Position numbers and translations under genes: made by a program. A stretch of DNA of 64,000 nucleotides, taken from Tubulanus polymorphus (lineage: Eukaryota > Animalia > Nemertea). Shown piece by piece: positions 47,801 through 62,300 of the stretch (its first letter is position 1; the number at the start of each line of letters is the position of its first letter). Where the stretch lies: NCBI RefSeq assembly GCF_964204645.1, contig NC_134033.1, positions 12,532,655 through 12,596,654 of the forward strand. The letters are read 5' to 3'. The notes under the pieces were generated by a model, which was not told the origin of the DNA, searched no databases, and saw only the letters and a program-made list of their open reading frames with translations.

Positions 47801-48664
47801 TCTCGTCTCACGGAACGACTTATCATTTCATTACAAACAAGCGCAGTTATATTAGTATTTATGAAACCGAGTCTGATAATAAACAGGTCCCTAGAACGTT
47901 GAAGAACCCGTGTGTAGTGTATACTAGATATTTGCAAACCACTCGCGCATTGTTTACGGCTCGAAATGCGTCCAAAATCTATCGTAAATTCCGTTTTTTT
48001 CTCAATTCGATTGGCAATTGAAACGCGCAAAATTAGAAAGTTTATTCGGGGGGTGACTTTTGAAGGCGTGAGTTGCGTTATCAACTAGAATCATGTGTAC
48101 ATTGTGGGTGTGTGTGAAATTTACAGTTTCTCGATAAAAACCTAGTCAACGACCACTTCAATTTCAACTGAATGATCCTCGAAAAAAGCGATATGCTCCG
48201 TATGAGGTGTCCTTATTTCCGTTATATTATCGGCCAACTTGCATATATACGTGATGTTGAAAAAAATTCCTATAGTCTTGATGCTTGAAATTGAAATTAA
48301 GATGAACATTTTCCGATAGATTCGACTATGTTATCTATGGAACTTTTCGTCCTTGCAACTTGTCAGCAGCATTGTGACAGACATCACGTACAAGATACGA
48401 AGGCTATTTCGCAGAAATCATTCAGAAAATTCATGAAAGTTGGCTTTGTACTGCGGAAACCTAAACTCCGGATGCAATGCTCCCATTGATGATAAAGGAA
48501 TAGGCCTATGTATATAATGCAAATTATTGATTAAAAATAATTGACATACATTCGTATCTCATGTTTATCACAAGAGAAAATACTCAGAGAAAAGACTGAT
48601 ATAGACCCTTTGGCCGACATCAGTGTGACCTGTATAGTACTAACGTCGGAACGTCGGCTTGTTT

Positions 48665-48815
48665 GAGCTTTTTCCTTCTCTTCCATTTCACCGCCACGCT
48701 TCCCTTCTTCACTCCCTCAACACCTCATCTCCTCCTTGCTCTCTCTTCCTCCCCTACCCCCATCCCTCTCTTCGCGACCCTCTCTTACTCCATTCCTCTC
48801 CCGTCTCTTCTCTTC
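48665..48815. repeat. CT-rich low-complexity tract
   Basis: About 150 nt that is almost purely pyrimidine on the + strand. Confidence 0.8.
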
Positions 48816-51800
48816 ATATACGGTGTACGAAAAAAAACATCTGGCGCTTAAGCATACATAAAAATATAACGTACGTTTATATATAAGCACGCGTTGAATG
48901 TGCGTTAGTGATAGAAATCCGAGCTCACAACGACGACATCCTGTGCCACAACGCTGTGTCACATCGATAGCGTTATCATCATAAACAAGCCCTATATCCT
49001 ATGGCGACTTCTTCCTTAGCGATAGATCATTTTCGGATTAAACGTATTTAGCTTTTCTGCTTTGCGTATGTGTGTACGATAGTGTCATCGATAATCTGTG
49101 ATATCACGCCTCGCGTAAGTACGAAGGTTTTATGAATGAAAAAAATGAAGTGGTCGTCTAACGATGTTGGGCGTCCCGGGTTCGAGCCTCAGGCAATCAT
49201 AGTCAATATGGTAACACCTTGTTTACTGTAGAATCCCTATCTACAAGTATTGGGCCTTTTATGCATCGGTATGCATTTACTGTGAAATACCCAATCCGAA
49301 TGGTAAGGTCCTTTGATTCCTGTGGACCTTTCTGACATCATTTAACTAATGAAAATTTTTTTGCAACAAAAAAAACAGAATAAAGACTGAAGAACAATTA
49401 ATTGAAATCACTGATAACAGGCGTTCAACCGTTTGATGATAATAATGAGGCAATCTAACGACCGATGACGTCACGAACACAAAGACATCCGAAAATTACC
49501 GTAAATTAGAGACGGTGGTTCCATTCACCGAAACAGCAAATAGTTTGCAATCACTTTTTTAACGCATTCAATTATGAACAATTTTTGTATAATAATTCTG
49601 ATTGCATTATCAATAGCTGCCCTATTCATGTAGCGTTTTATATGTTTCGTTGTTTTTTTGTCAATTGTGTTTACTCAGGGCCTGTTTCCTCTTCGGGGTG
49701 TCGTGCACCGATCGGTCGATGCGTGGTGGGCCACGTGAGTGCACAATTTAACCCCGAAAAACAACCTCATAAAATCTGTCGCGTATTGCGCAATAACCGT
49801 TGCGTTTAAAAAAATAATAACTGTGTAAATTCGAGAAATGATTGTAATTTTTCCTAATCGTGTTCGACAGCGCTTATAGGCGTCGTGATATCGACGATTT
49901 CTGTTGTTCTTCCGCTTGTAAATTACGGTTTGACCTAATGAATTATTTAACGGTAGTGCACTGGTTTGTCAACATAAATAACCGGGGCTTCGTATGTCAT
50001 TCTGCTGTCGAAATTTACGACAAAAAATACGCATTAAGTCGAATTTAATAACGCATATATCACATATCGTGTATATACAGTTCATATTGAGAATTCGTAC
50101 ATAGATTTTGGTTGATAAGAATTTTTTTGAACGACATCGCTGTTGATTTTGAAATAATTAACATTCCTCGCACCGTTACGAAAAAGACTGTCATTTCACT
50201 GAAACGAAAACAGTTCATGTCACTGATCTATATAAAACGTCAGGCTAATTCATACACAATATACTGTGTCCTTGCCCTTGTCAGGGGGTTGATCTATAGC
50301 CTTGTACTACCGGTTGTAACCATTCATTCCACGGGTCAAAAGTGGGCTCCTTCGTACACTTCGATATGTGCCGAACCAGTAGCAAACCTTTCGCCGAGAT
50401 TCGAACCCCGCGACACATATGCTCGATTCGAAAACGTTTTAGTCTTTTAGTTATCGGAAAAAAGGATCTAACGATCCTAATTAGAGACTGTAATTAGTTA
50501 AAAGTATCCATCTATTAGAACAACCATTTTGCGAAAACCTACTAGTCGAGCATTGTTCAACTGTCAACTATAACTTGGTGAGGACGTCATAAACTAATTA
50601 TCAACATCCATAATTAACTAATTAAACAAAGTTCTCATACATTACTGATTGTTGTTATATACCCTTGGTCTATATTTTGAGTAATTACGGTCCTTGTTCT
50701 AGTACAAATTACGAATTTCAGAGCATTTATTCCTATTTTCCGTTTTAAACTATACTTGTATTATGAATGAAACAATGTATCATCGTTATCTGTCTGTATT
50801 ATGATTCTTTTATAAATACGACCGTTTTGTATACACAAATATCTGTTTTTAAGAATTTACGGCGGGGACCTTCGGACCGACCCAGTTAACCTATACCAAC
50901 CTGTTCTGATTCGCTTTTATAAGTGCCGGGCTTCTTGTTCACCTTTACGTTCCGACTTTGGATCGGCAGCGTTTTTAAGGTTTCATTTCGATTCTTGGCC
51001 TTGTTATTATTGTGAACATTCGGCTCATGTGCGGGGCTGGACTACGAAATGTTAGAAATGTAGCTTATTCATCTATAAAAATCAATATATTTCAAAAAAT
51101 CATAAGTGATGAAGCCATCAGTTTACAAATTCCGCATCTGCAGAAACACCAGCTTGGTAATGATGAGCTGGATGAACATTTCAGACGACATGGCAAACAA
51201 AATATGTACATAACATTACGATGAATTTATTGATTTAGAAAGGAAGCCAAGTTGCTCTTGTACCCGATTGGCTAATCCAATAATTTCGTGGGAATGGGGT
51301 TTTGTTAAAGTGCATGTAGCCTACGTATGTGTTTTGTGATGATTCTCCCATGGTTTTGGCGATGCTTACGTGATGAGGGGATGGTAGGACTCCGCGTCAG
51401 AGGGCAGTCTTTCGAAGCTTGTTCTCGCGGTAGGAGTAGAACGTGATGCATTACGTAAAATGTTGCTTATACAAGTTTCCAATTTTAAAGAATGAAAGCA
51501 GCTAATTCAAACAGAAATGAAAACTACTACCACTGACTGATTAAATGTAATTTTTCAGCTGGAAATGAATATGGAGAATTTGAAAATCATATCTGAGAAA
51601 TTTCGTTCCCATTGCTGTCGATATTAAGTTAAAGGTCGTTGACTTTCTTTCGAAGTTTTAAGACGCAGTAGGTCTAATCGAACTAACAGTATAATTTGGT
51701 TTCTAGTTCAACTTCACCTTTCGCTCTCTGAAAGCTTGAACAATTTGAATCGGTGCTAAATACCAGTAATTGCTCCGTCGATTAGTTCCGTTTGCATAAG

Positions 51801-53354
51801 ATCAAAAGGTGATAAATAATAGTGTTTTATTTTTATTTGTGTTCGAACGAAATATATTCGAAAATCAAATAGCGTAGAAATCGCTCTCGCTTTCAATTTC
51901 GGTAATTCAATAACAATTTCATATCGTTCTAACGATATTGAGTTCCCCAATAGCAAGGTTGAAAAATCATAGAATGCGCGTCAAGTGTGTTTGGACGAAA
52001 TTTATACTGCCGTCTGGCAAATACTTTCGGGCTATTATCAACAAAACGACGGGGGATATTTTACCTTTTCATATATGTGTACGTTGGAAAAAACGCTCTC
52101 AAAAATCAGACACGTCGTCGATCGCGGTTTTGTGTGTAAAGGCGAAGAATGCCGTTCGTTCGGGACCGCGTTAATTTGTTTACACGACTGTTCTCGTTTG
52201 ACACGTACTGAAATCACCTCCTTTTAATTGAATATAAGTCGATTGCATATACGTGCGTGATAGAAATTATGATTAGTTTTTTTTTGTGACGACGTTAAGC
52301 CAGTGCACGTTAGTTCGTGAATTTGGTTACGTTGAAGAGTTAACCGGTTGTGTAAACGTGTGGTGGTTTTGCAAAGTCTAACAACTGCCAGGTGGTTCCT
52401 TTACATAGGGACCTCGATCTTCGGTCTTAGAAGTTTGTCGACTATTTTCGAAAGTGAAACCGGATGTCAGTTAGCCATGACAATGGTCCGGAAATGGTCG
52501 ACCACGGGATTGAGCACGGTCGCTGCAGTTCGGACTTATTTCCAAGATGGCCGACACTTTGTGAAATGCATAACGACCAAACCACGTATTGTGCGTTCGT
52601 TTATTAGCTCCTGCCACTGTAGTCGACAGCTACAAAAACCGAACTTCGACCTGAAGGTCAAATTTGTCCTAGGCAACACCCTGGCGTAGTAGCCTAAACA
52701 TAGCTCTGATTGGTCAACAGAGCTTAATGTATGTATTATTCGCACGAGGAGTCCAATCAGGGATCGATTTCAGACACACTCGTCAACCCCCTGTCTAGAT
52801 TTCAGACATTTAACACCTAATCATCGGGCACAAAAATAGAGGTTTGTTAGTACGTGTGCATTCCAATAATGAAAGGAAAAATCAATTTGGCACTGCAAAG
52901 GCCCATGCAGCCCTCGAAGGGTACTTGACATCCCGAAATATATACGCGCGCATAGAACACTCAGTTATGAGCATGATAAATTTCCACACACTCCACGTAT
53001 AATAATTATACACAGCGAAACAGTCATTATATAACAGCGCGAGGATACTTGACTCGATTCACTATAAATCGCTGTACGTTGTGACGACATTGTTCTAAAA
53101 TCAATTACGCAGCCAGAAAGTTCGTGCCTAAAAACAGCCCGTCTATTAAAAAACCCTGAATTCCTATATATATATATATACAACCATAGAAACGACATTC
53201 AATTAATCAACCCCTCCGTATTCGAACTTCTTGGTCAAGTTTTGGTCATATATTTGACAAGTATTTTCTTTCAATCGAACCGTAAGATTTTAAAATTTTC
53301 TAGGCTAGTTTTGTTTAGAATGTGATCTTTTCTATTCAGATGGAACATACGTAA

Positions 53355-56300
53355 ATGATGGAAGTCGCCGACGAGATAACCCTTCTAAAGTTTTGTACGG
53401 TAAGAAAATCATTTTGCCGTGTTTCGTAATCATGGTATTTTGATATATATATACATATATAACATTTAAAATGGTGTATAACAACACGGTGCTAAATTGT
53501 TGAACAACAAACTATCGACTTCCAGGGTTGGAATATTTTAAGTCAACTGTCAGGATTAAATACAGTCATAGCGGAAAACATTATTAAAACAATACATTCC
53601 AAATGTTACCCGGGGTAAATAAGTTAACAATTCCTGAGTCTATATTGGGCGTTAACATGTCCTAATCAATCCAGATGCCAGTGTCGAGGATTTGGTATTT
53701 TCTCTCCTGTGTCATATATGCCACGAGAATAAAAGGAAAACCTATTCAAGAACCATTCAGTCGATCTCTTCCCTTCTATCCTAAGGCTTATACATAAAAC
53801 TCCTGAGCACTTAGTAGTTGCTTGGATGCTACTCCACAGGAACCGATGACCGATACGAGTTAGAGTTAGAGAGATTGGGTGTAACAATACACACTAATGA
53901 AGGCTAATGATAATTCACTTCGTTTTCTAACAGGCTGTTGCTGATGAATTGGTGACTGGTCTGGTTTTCGCGGACAGAGTCGACCTCGGCAAGCTTACGC
54001 AATACAAGGTTCGTTCGTCGTCGGAATACGACGATGAAAAATGTTTTTGAATTTGTCATATATATTCGCAGACGTGAGTGATATCACATATCTGTTTATA
54101 TCGAACCCAGTCCCCGCTTCGTTATTATTATGCTCGTGCGATCTGTTATCGCCATGATTTGCATAATGAATTTTTCCCAGGGATTTCTATCGTCATCAGT
54201 TTAAGCAACAAGCTGACACGAGACCCAATTCTGAATCATCGTTGTTAGATATCGTATTCCACATATTTGATACCTATATAGAATCGTACGCAGTATCCTA
54301 TTGCGATCAACACGCGGTGTGATGGGCCTAATTTGCACTGATCCAATTTTCTTAAACTAATCCGCCCGCGCGATAAGTTTCTTTCTCAACTAAGAACCGG
54401 CCGGCAAGGAAACGGACAGAAATAAATAAAAAGCTTCAGATGGCAATCCAACGTTTTTCCGACATTTACGGTTTAACCCTATATCACCGATATTACGTCC
54501 TTGAGTGATTCCTTATGCATCTCTATTTGCACATTCATTTATCGAGCATCAGAGGTATAAAAGATAGTTAAGATTTTCATAGAAAATATATATACAATAA
54601 TCAAATAATATGTACAGTCTGAGAGGTTATCAATTTCAGTGAATTTTGTAATAAAACGTTGTCTATTATAAGAATGCATTTTCTCGCGCAGAAAGGGGCT
54701 TTAAAACTGAAGGCTGATCATCCCTGGGCAACCCGTCTCATTCACTGTCTCGATATACACTTCAGAGCCGCCACTAAATGGAGAACGGTAAGTGTCTCTG
54801 AACATATTGCAAAATACAAAATGATACTTGTAAAAACCGTATGTGTTTTGCATATATACCACGTGTTATCATATAATGTATCAGCGTTTTTAATGTTGAG
54901 ATTGGCGCCGAAATCCAGCAGGCGTGGCTGAGAGATTTCCAGGTACAGAATCTTCACCCCTGAAATATCGAATTTCTTTTCAGTTTCAAGAGGAACTGCG
55001 CGAAATCGAATTGCGCGTTGAAGAAAGCACGAAGAAACTCAAAGAAACTTTAGAACTTTACAAAGACGATTTGTCTTCAAAAGGCGTAGATTCAATAACT
55101 CGAGAAATTTCTGTAAGTCTAGTATGTCCTCGTGACGAGAAAGGTTATGGAAATATGAATTTCATCAAAACGTCTTCTCTCGATTTTTAGAATGCTTCAG
55201 AAGTTAGGAACGATATCCTACCGAAGCTCAGTAAACTTTACGCTCAAGCGGCCACTCTTCCGTGTCTCGAGAAACGTAACGAACCACTGAAAAAGCCTTT
55301 TCGTGTCCACATGATCTGTTCGCTTCGGACTAAACATGTAAGCATGATACTCATCTAAAAAAACAACTTTTCTTCTGTGTTTTGCTACTTTGAGTAGTAC
55401 TTGGATTCAACATCAATTTTACGAGATTGAAATTCATCAGATTAAAACATATTCCAATGAGATCAAAATGAATTCTTAAAATTGCTTGTTACGTGTTCAG
55501 AATCGCTATACAGTCAAAGATAGAAAATCCGGCACACCCGAAAAGGTATTTAATGCATGCATGTTTAGACGCTCGGTTTTCCAGTAACACTGTATACCCC
55601 TAATCATAATGGCTCTCAATTTCATGTAACTAATCGTGGTGAAGTTGTATGTGAAAAACCACTTGATGATTAATATATTGTTTGTTATTATCGTGTGTTG
55701 GCCAGAACGTATCCTTGCTGGAGAGTTGAATCCTTCCGAAATGAATATTGTTTGCGGAAGGGTATATCAATGAGGACATTTCTTTCATTTGAGTTGGACG
55801 TGCGTCCAGCGGGAATTTCATGTACATTCATATGCACAACATCTTCCCGTGGTTTGTTATTGTCGTTTTGATTTATTTGGATAGAAATTAGGTGCTGGTT
55901 TAAGATATCCATTTTGTAGAGCATGTACCCATCATTTCAAGCATGCCGTGTGTAGGTGTAGATAGAGCTCTTGCATCCATGTGATTTCTCGACGGAATAT
56001 TGGTGGGCGAACACAATGATTGACATGTCGAACCCTTGAAGTTTGTCAATCCGCTGATCATCTTTTGTTGTTATGTACAGCAAGTCTCTCAAGGGCTGGT
56101 TGGCAAATAAACAATGATATCACATGCGAGACCTCTGGCATTTCGTGTTTACCTAATTTGCATATATCGAATAATGTAACATACACCCAGCTGCGACTGG
56201 CTTGCGAAATTTACATTTTATGTCTACGATACCAATACAAATTCAAATTAGCCGAATTCCAGCTAATTAGTTAATCCTAGTTAATTGATAATTTTTGCTT

Positions 56301-59300
56301 AATGGGATTACGTAGGTTTAAATCGAATCGCACGTACCCAGCTGTGACGCTTTGAAATTTTAAATCAACTCTTAAATAGATTAGAAACTAGAGCTATACA
56401 TTTCTGTCTATAGTATCTTCACATATAATCTTATTTAGGAGAAAATATGTGTTAAGTCTATTTCTTTGTAAATGTGCTAATATTGAAATGATTGCGACAT
56501 ATGTTTCAGTTTTGATGAATTAAAGTAATCCGAATCTAATTTTATGGTTTGATCTAGGTGAAACTAAAGGAAGGAGAAGCGATGACACTTTTGGATAATC
56601 ACGATCCCGTTCAATGGAAGGCAAGTAAAAGAGGATAAAAGATGATATTTATGGGGAATAGGGACGGGATGGCGAGGTGAAACCAATTTGAGAAAATGTG
56701 CCTTACAATTCAAACGCCACTTGCTTTGGTCTTGAATTGTAAAATTGTTGCTGAAATGTATAGAATACGAAGCAAATACGATCATTTGTTTTTTTATTGT
56801 CTATATGATAGGTTCAACAAATTCCAGAGAAAAAATCGAAGGTACAAATAAAACACGGGTGTTTAATGATGTTTGTTTGTTTGTTTGCTTTCATAACATT
56901 TTTTAACAATCGGTTTTAAAACAACAAGAGTCGCACATATTATCATTCACAATGCATGAATTTTAAAAATCCGCTTTTGACCGTTGGCTTATCTTAATCA
57001 TTGAGCTTCAGAGTTTTAACATACCCAACTAGGGTAGTTAGAGATGGCTTTGAAACAAAGGAAACCATTATCTCTGGTGTTCTTCGACTTTTTCCAGAGC
57101 ACTAAGTCCAAGACTTGTACAAATGAAGCACGAATGAACAGTCCTTATAAGATGGGATTCACATATATATACCCATAGAATAAATCTTCACGAATAACAC
57201 TTTTATCAGTTTGCATGATGCTTGTGTATATGGGCTAGGTTTTTACGAATAACACTTGATTATAAGGTTGGATGATGCTCATTTAAATGTTTGACATTTG
57301 TTTTTTGCTTTGCGTTTGATATTGTGTTTAGTATCCAACCGTAATCGATATTTAGTTATTTTCTGCCGAATTTATTTGCATAAATCCATTTTTGCACATA
57401 CAACTGGTATAGCTGTAGTAGCATGGGCATCTTGGTGATATCTTTTTCAGCGGTTGCGTGGAAATATATGTTCCGCATAATTCTTTATATATACCTTTTT
57501 ACAGAACGTGTAATCAATTAGTTTTTATTTTAAATTTCGAATGGATCAGGTGCGGGCACGAACGATTTCGTCGGAAAAAGTCTACAGCGTTCCTTCCTTG
57601 CTGGTGATGATCCCGGGACCTACCGAAGAAGCGGCACTCAAAGTAAAAACGTACGTAAATATCCTACAAACTGGGTATCCATTTTTTGGGAGTCGAAATC
57701 GGAACCTCAAAAATGATCACATAGATCATCTGTGTACTTGTGAACGTACTAAAGAACGAAGATGGGAGACTGACTGACCAAAATAAAAAACACCTATTGT
57801 TTTATTTTCTAAATGTAATGTATACTTGCAATTTCAGAATTGAAGATAAATTGAGGGCCCGGTTTACTGAAAGCACGTCTGTGATACACAAAACAATGGT
57901 GGTTTATTTTCAAATACTTCTTCAATCGTGGCAGACAATGTTCGTAAGTAGCTGTCCACAATTGTGGGATCCGAACGTTTCAACTATGGAATTAATTCTC
58001 ATTGAGAAAATATTAAAGTTTCTATAGAAATCCGATATAGATGATACTTTTTGTTGCATAATCAAGGGTACCAGGATGAAGGAACTTGATAAGAAGGAAA
58101 AGAAGGAAGTGGAAACTGTTTTCGACATGGTAAGCACTTTGATAAGCCGCCATTGGAAAGACGTCGAAACGAAGAAACTTCAAACGGAGGTGAAGCAATG
58201 GAAGAAACTTTTGTCGAAGGCCGGAAAAGGTAATTCAGAATTGATATTATGATTCCGCGCTATGGCGACAAACACCAAACATCGAATTAATCAATCTATA
58301 ATTTGTTCAACGATATTTCATAGGAAAGACCGGTAAAGAAATAACTGATCATTTTCGACAACTGAAGAAGCTAGCATCAGCAGCAAATGTAAGAATTACC
58401 AAATGGAAACTTATCTCCGTTCAAAATTCAATTATGAACCATTGGAACTCACGAGATAATGCTTATTTTCATGTCCGACTCGTTTCTGTTTAGGATAATG
58501 AGTCAAAGATACCATTGAACCCGGAGAAGATTAAGGTGAATGGAGACCAGCTGATTCCGCTTTTACACGGCGAAAAACGACTGTACGCCGACGAATATAA
58601 ACAAAGCCAACAGCGATATAAAAGGTATACAATTACAACTTCTACTATTATTTCTGTGCTCTAAGCAAATGTATTTTTGTTGAGCAAATAATCTAAACTA
58701 AACTAAAAGAAAAACTAGACAATCACCATGAACTGCGCTCCCCTACGCCCACACAGTTGTGAGAGTAGGGTTTTGCTGAGAACTTACTGTGGCTTCTACA
58801 CTCCCGCATAGAAAGGTGTACCAAGATTGTGGTCTCTACGCTCCCAGACATGTACAAGGGGAAGTGGATTTGCAAAAAAAACCCTATCGTGTTGTTTATG
58901 CAACCACATGTGAGGGAGGATTTTACCAGGTTCATGTTATGGCCGTGGTTCTTACTTTTATAGCTTATCCCTCCCATAATTCATGAGTTACACCAACAGT
59001 CAAATATACCACAATAAAATCGATTTAAAATGAATTTCAGGAGATTAGAAGTGACCTACGTAACGAAGGAGATAGAACGGGTTGAGGAGATAACTTACAT
59101 TCCCGTAGACGCGATAGGTGGCGCTGTGAGCCCTGGAGTGAGGGTTGTTACAAGGTCGGTGATCGTCGACGGTGAAGAATTACCGGAAGAGAATGAAACA
59201 CACGTCATAGCGAAGAAGAAACCGAGGACGGTGGACGAATCGGGAACAACCGACAGCGATGAAGATAAACTGCCAAGTAAAAGCAAGAAAGGTGACCACA

Positions 59301-62300
59301 AGAAGGTAAACAGATAACCGAATGTAGTTGGCAAGAATGAGATGAAACTGTTCGATGTTTTCTAGTGGGAGATCACGATATGTATCTTAATGGTGAAATG
59401 CAATTTAGATGCAGATTTTAATTCTTTCAATTGTAATGTAATAGCTTAGAAGATGTCTAGTTATTTTTCCGATTTTAATCGAACTATATTACTATGGAAG
59501 AAGCTCCAGCCCAATAATAGATAGGTACCCGATTCGCATACATATCTTTATATTACAGGTGAAGAAATGGACAGAGACTTCGGAGAAAACCGAAACTCGG
59601 CCAGTACGCAATGGAGACAGTTCTTCAGAAGGTGGTGTCGGAGACGACATGGTTGATGATAGCATAGTGAAGGAAATAGCTGTAATAAAGATGATACCGA
59701 ACGAACCAGTTTCTGTCACGATCAGCGATTCGAAATCGATCCAAAATAGTGAAGTGATTCCGACAGAAGGCGATGGCAGGAACGGCGCTGTGGAAGTCGA
59801 GGAGGATATGGACGTGGATGACAACACACGTCAACCGATGGTCCAAAAACGAACAGTCTTAAGAACTACGACTACAACTACGCGCAAGGAGACGTATACT
59901 ATGAGTGGTGATGAGGACAACAGCGACGATGGAAAGAAAAAAGCTCCGGACGGCGTAGAATTCGACTCATCGGTTACAGCTTTACTGAAAGGCGACGATA
60001 ATATACCAATCAGTGAACTGGATAGCAATGAAAATGGGCAAGTCAGTATCCTAAAGGATGACATAAACGAAGATGAACCGATAACGACTATCTTGACGTC
60101 GCGATCATTAGTGTCCGGAGATGAAGGTGTGACGCTGCCACAATCGGTAGACGGTGGTATCGTCTATAAAACCCAGTCGGTGTACAGCAGTAGAGTCGAC
60201 GGAGATGGCGTGGATAGAGAGAGAATTGTAGAGACGTCATCTGTCGGCACTGATGATGGGGGAGCGGACAGAAGACAAGTTTCAACGACTACGACTACGC
60301 GTACGATTTACGGAGAAGGTCGGCTGGATTCGTCGGAAGCCGGGACAACACCATCGGTAGATCGTTTCGGTAATGTCGTGACGAAAGAGGTGACACTTTC
60401 AACGCAAGTAGGTCCCGTTGGTGAGGACGATATCGTAAGTGCAGCGTCTCCGGACGGGAAAGTCGTCGAGGAAAAGGAAAAATTAACGACGACCGATCGT
60501 TTTGGAAATAAAATCGTCACGACAACAAAAACTAAGAGTATAAGCGGCGCGGATAGTCCGGATCTAAGTGATCGAGCGGGTAAAGAAGTTAGGCAGACGA
60601 CTCTCGTCACGAAGATGGAATTAGTTCCAGACGACGGCAGGCGTGATGCGTTTGATCGATATCCGACGAGTTCTGAAGTAGATCAAGCTGATCAAATAAC
60701 AAGATCACCTACTGGTCGAGTTATCGTTGGGGATGGTACGGGCGACGCACGTTCAAGGCAAATTGACGGAGCGCGAATAAACAAAACCGACGAGTTTGGG
60801 AACGTCATTCAAACGGTCGACAACTCACAGCCTAATCGAGATTCTTCAGGACAAACATTAGGTCCAGATGACGATGAAAATAGCCAATGGGAAACTGATG
60901 AATTTGGTAATAGAATACGGGTCAGAACCACGCGAACAACAAGTAGCGCAGATGGGGCAGATATTGGAAATGTAATCCAGTCAATGACCACAGAAGGGTA
61001 TGACATAGGTCAGGCTGGAGAAGTAAACACGGAGACTGAACTTGATAGATTTGGAAATGTAGTCCCTATAACGACAACAACCATCTACGGTACTGATGGC
61101 GCTCCTGACGTAGGACGCCAAACAGACAAATTTGGCCAGAGGGCAACCACTGATACAATACCGTACGGCATGAGAGAGGGCCCTGCAGATATCAATGAAA
61201 GACCACAGGGAGATGGTAAGGACCTTGATAGATTTGGTAATGTAGTCATTACCACGAGAACGACAGAAACAATCTATGGTAGAGGTGATGCTCCTGATGG
61301 TGGAAACCATACAGATAAATTTGGTCAGAGTTTAACCACTGACACAATACCGTACGGCATAGGACAGGGACTTGGAGATATCGATGGAAGACCACAGGAA
61401 GATACCAGAGACCTCAATAGATTTAGTAATATAGTTACTACCACAACACCGACGGAAATAGTCTACGGTACAGATGGTGCTCCTGATGGTGGAGGTCAAA
61501 CTGATAGATTTGGCCAGAGCGTAACTGCAGATAAATCACAGTATGGCATAGAACAGGGCCCTGGAGAGACCGAAGATCAATCACAGGGAGATGTCAGGGA
61601 ACTTGATAGATTTGGTAATGTAATTACTACCACGAGAACGACGGAAACAAACTACGTTAGAGATGATGCTCCTGACAGCAGAAGCCAAAACGATAGATTT
61701 GGCCAGAGGGCATCCACTGACACAATACCGTACGGCATGAGAGAGGGACCCGGAGATATCGATGAAAGACCACAGGGAGATAACAAAGAACTTGATAGAT
61801 TTGGTAATGTAGTCACTACCACGAGAAAAACGGAAACAGTCTACGGCAGAGATGATGCTCCTGACAGCGGAAGCCAAACAGACGAATTTGACCAGAGGGC
61901 AACCTCAGGTGCAATACCCTATGGCATAGGGCAGGAAGCTATGGACACCGATGAGAGACAACAGGGAGATACCAGAGACCTCGATAGATTTGGTAATGTA
62001 GTCACTACCACGAGAACGACAGAAACAGTCTACGGCAGCGATGATGTTCCTGATGGTGGAAACCAAATCGACGGATTTGGCCAGAGGCTATCAACTGACA
62101 CAATACCGTACGACATAAGACAGGGCCCCGGAGAAAGACCACAGGGAGATGTTAAGAACCGGGATAGATTTGGTAATGTAGTCACTACCACGAGAACGAC
62201 GGAAACAGACTACGGTAGAGACGATGCTCCTGACAGCAGAAGCCAAAACGATAGATTTGGCGAGAGGGCATCCACTGACACAATACCATACGGCATGGGA

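Noticed and set aside
49150-49210. tRNA gene at GGGTTCGAGCCT
   Set aside because: No cloverleaf can be built; it is more likely a decayed SINE head. The other B-boxes in the window belong to repeats.
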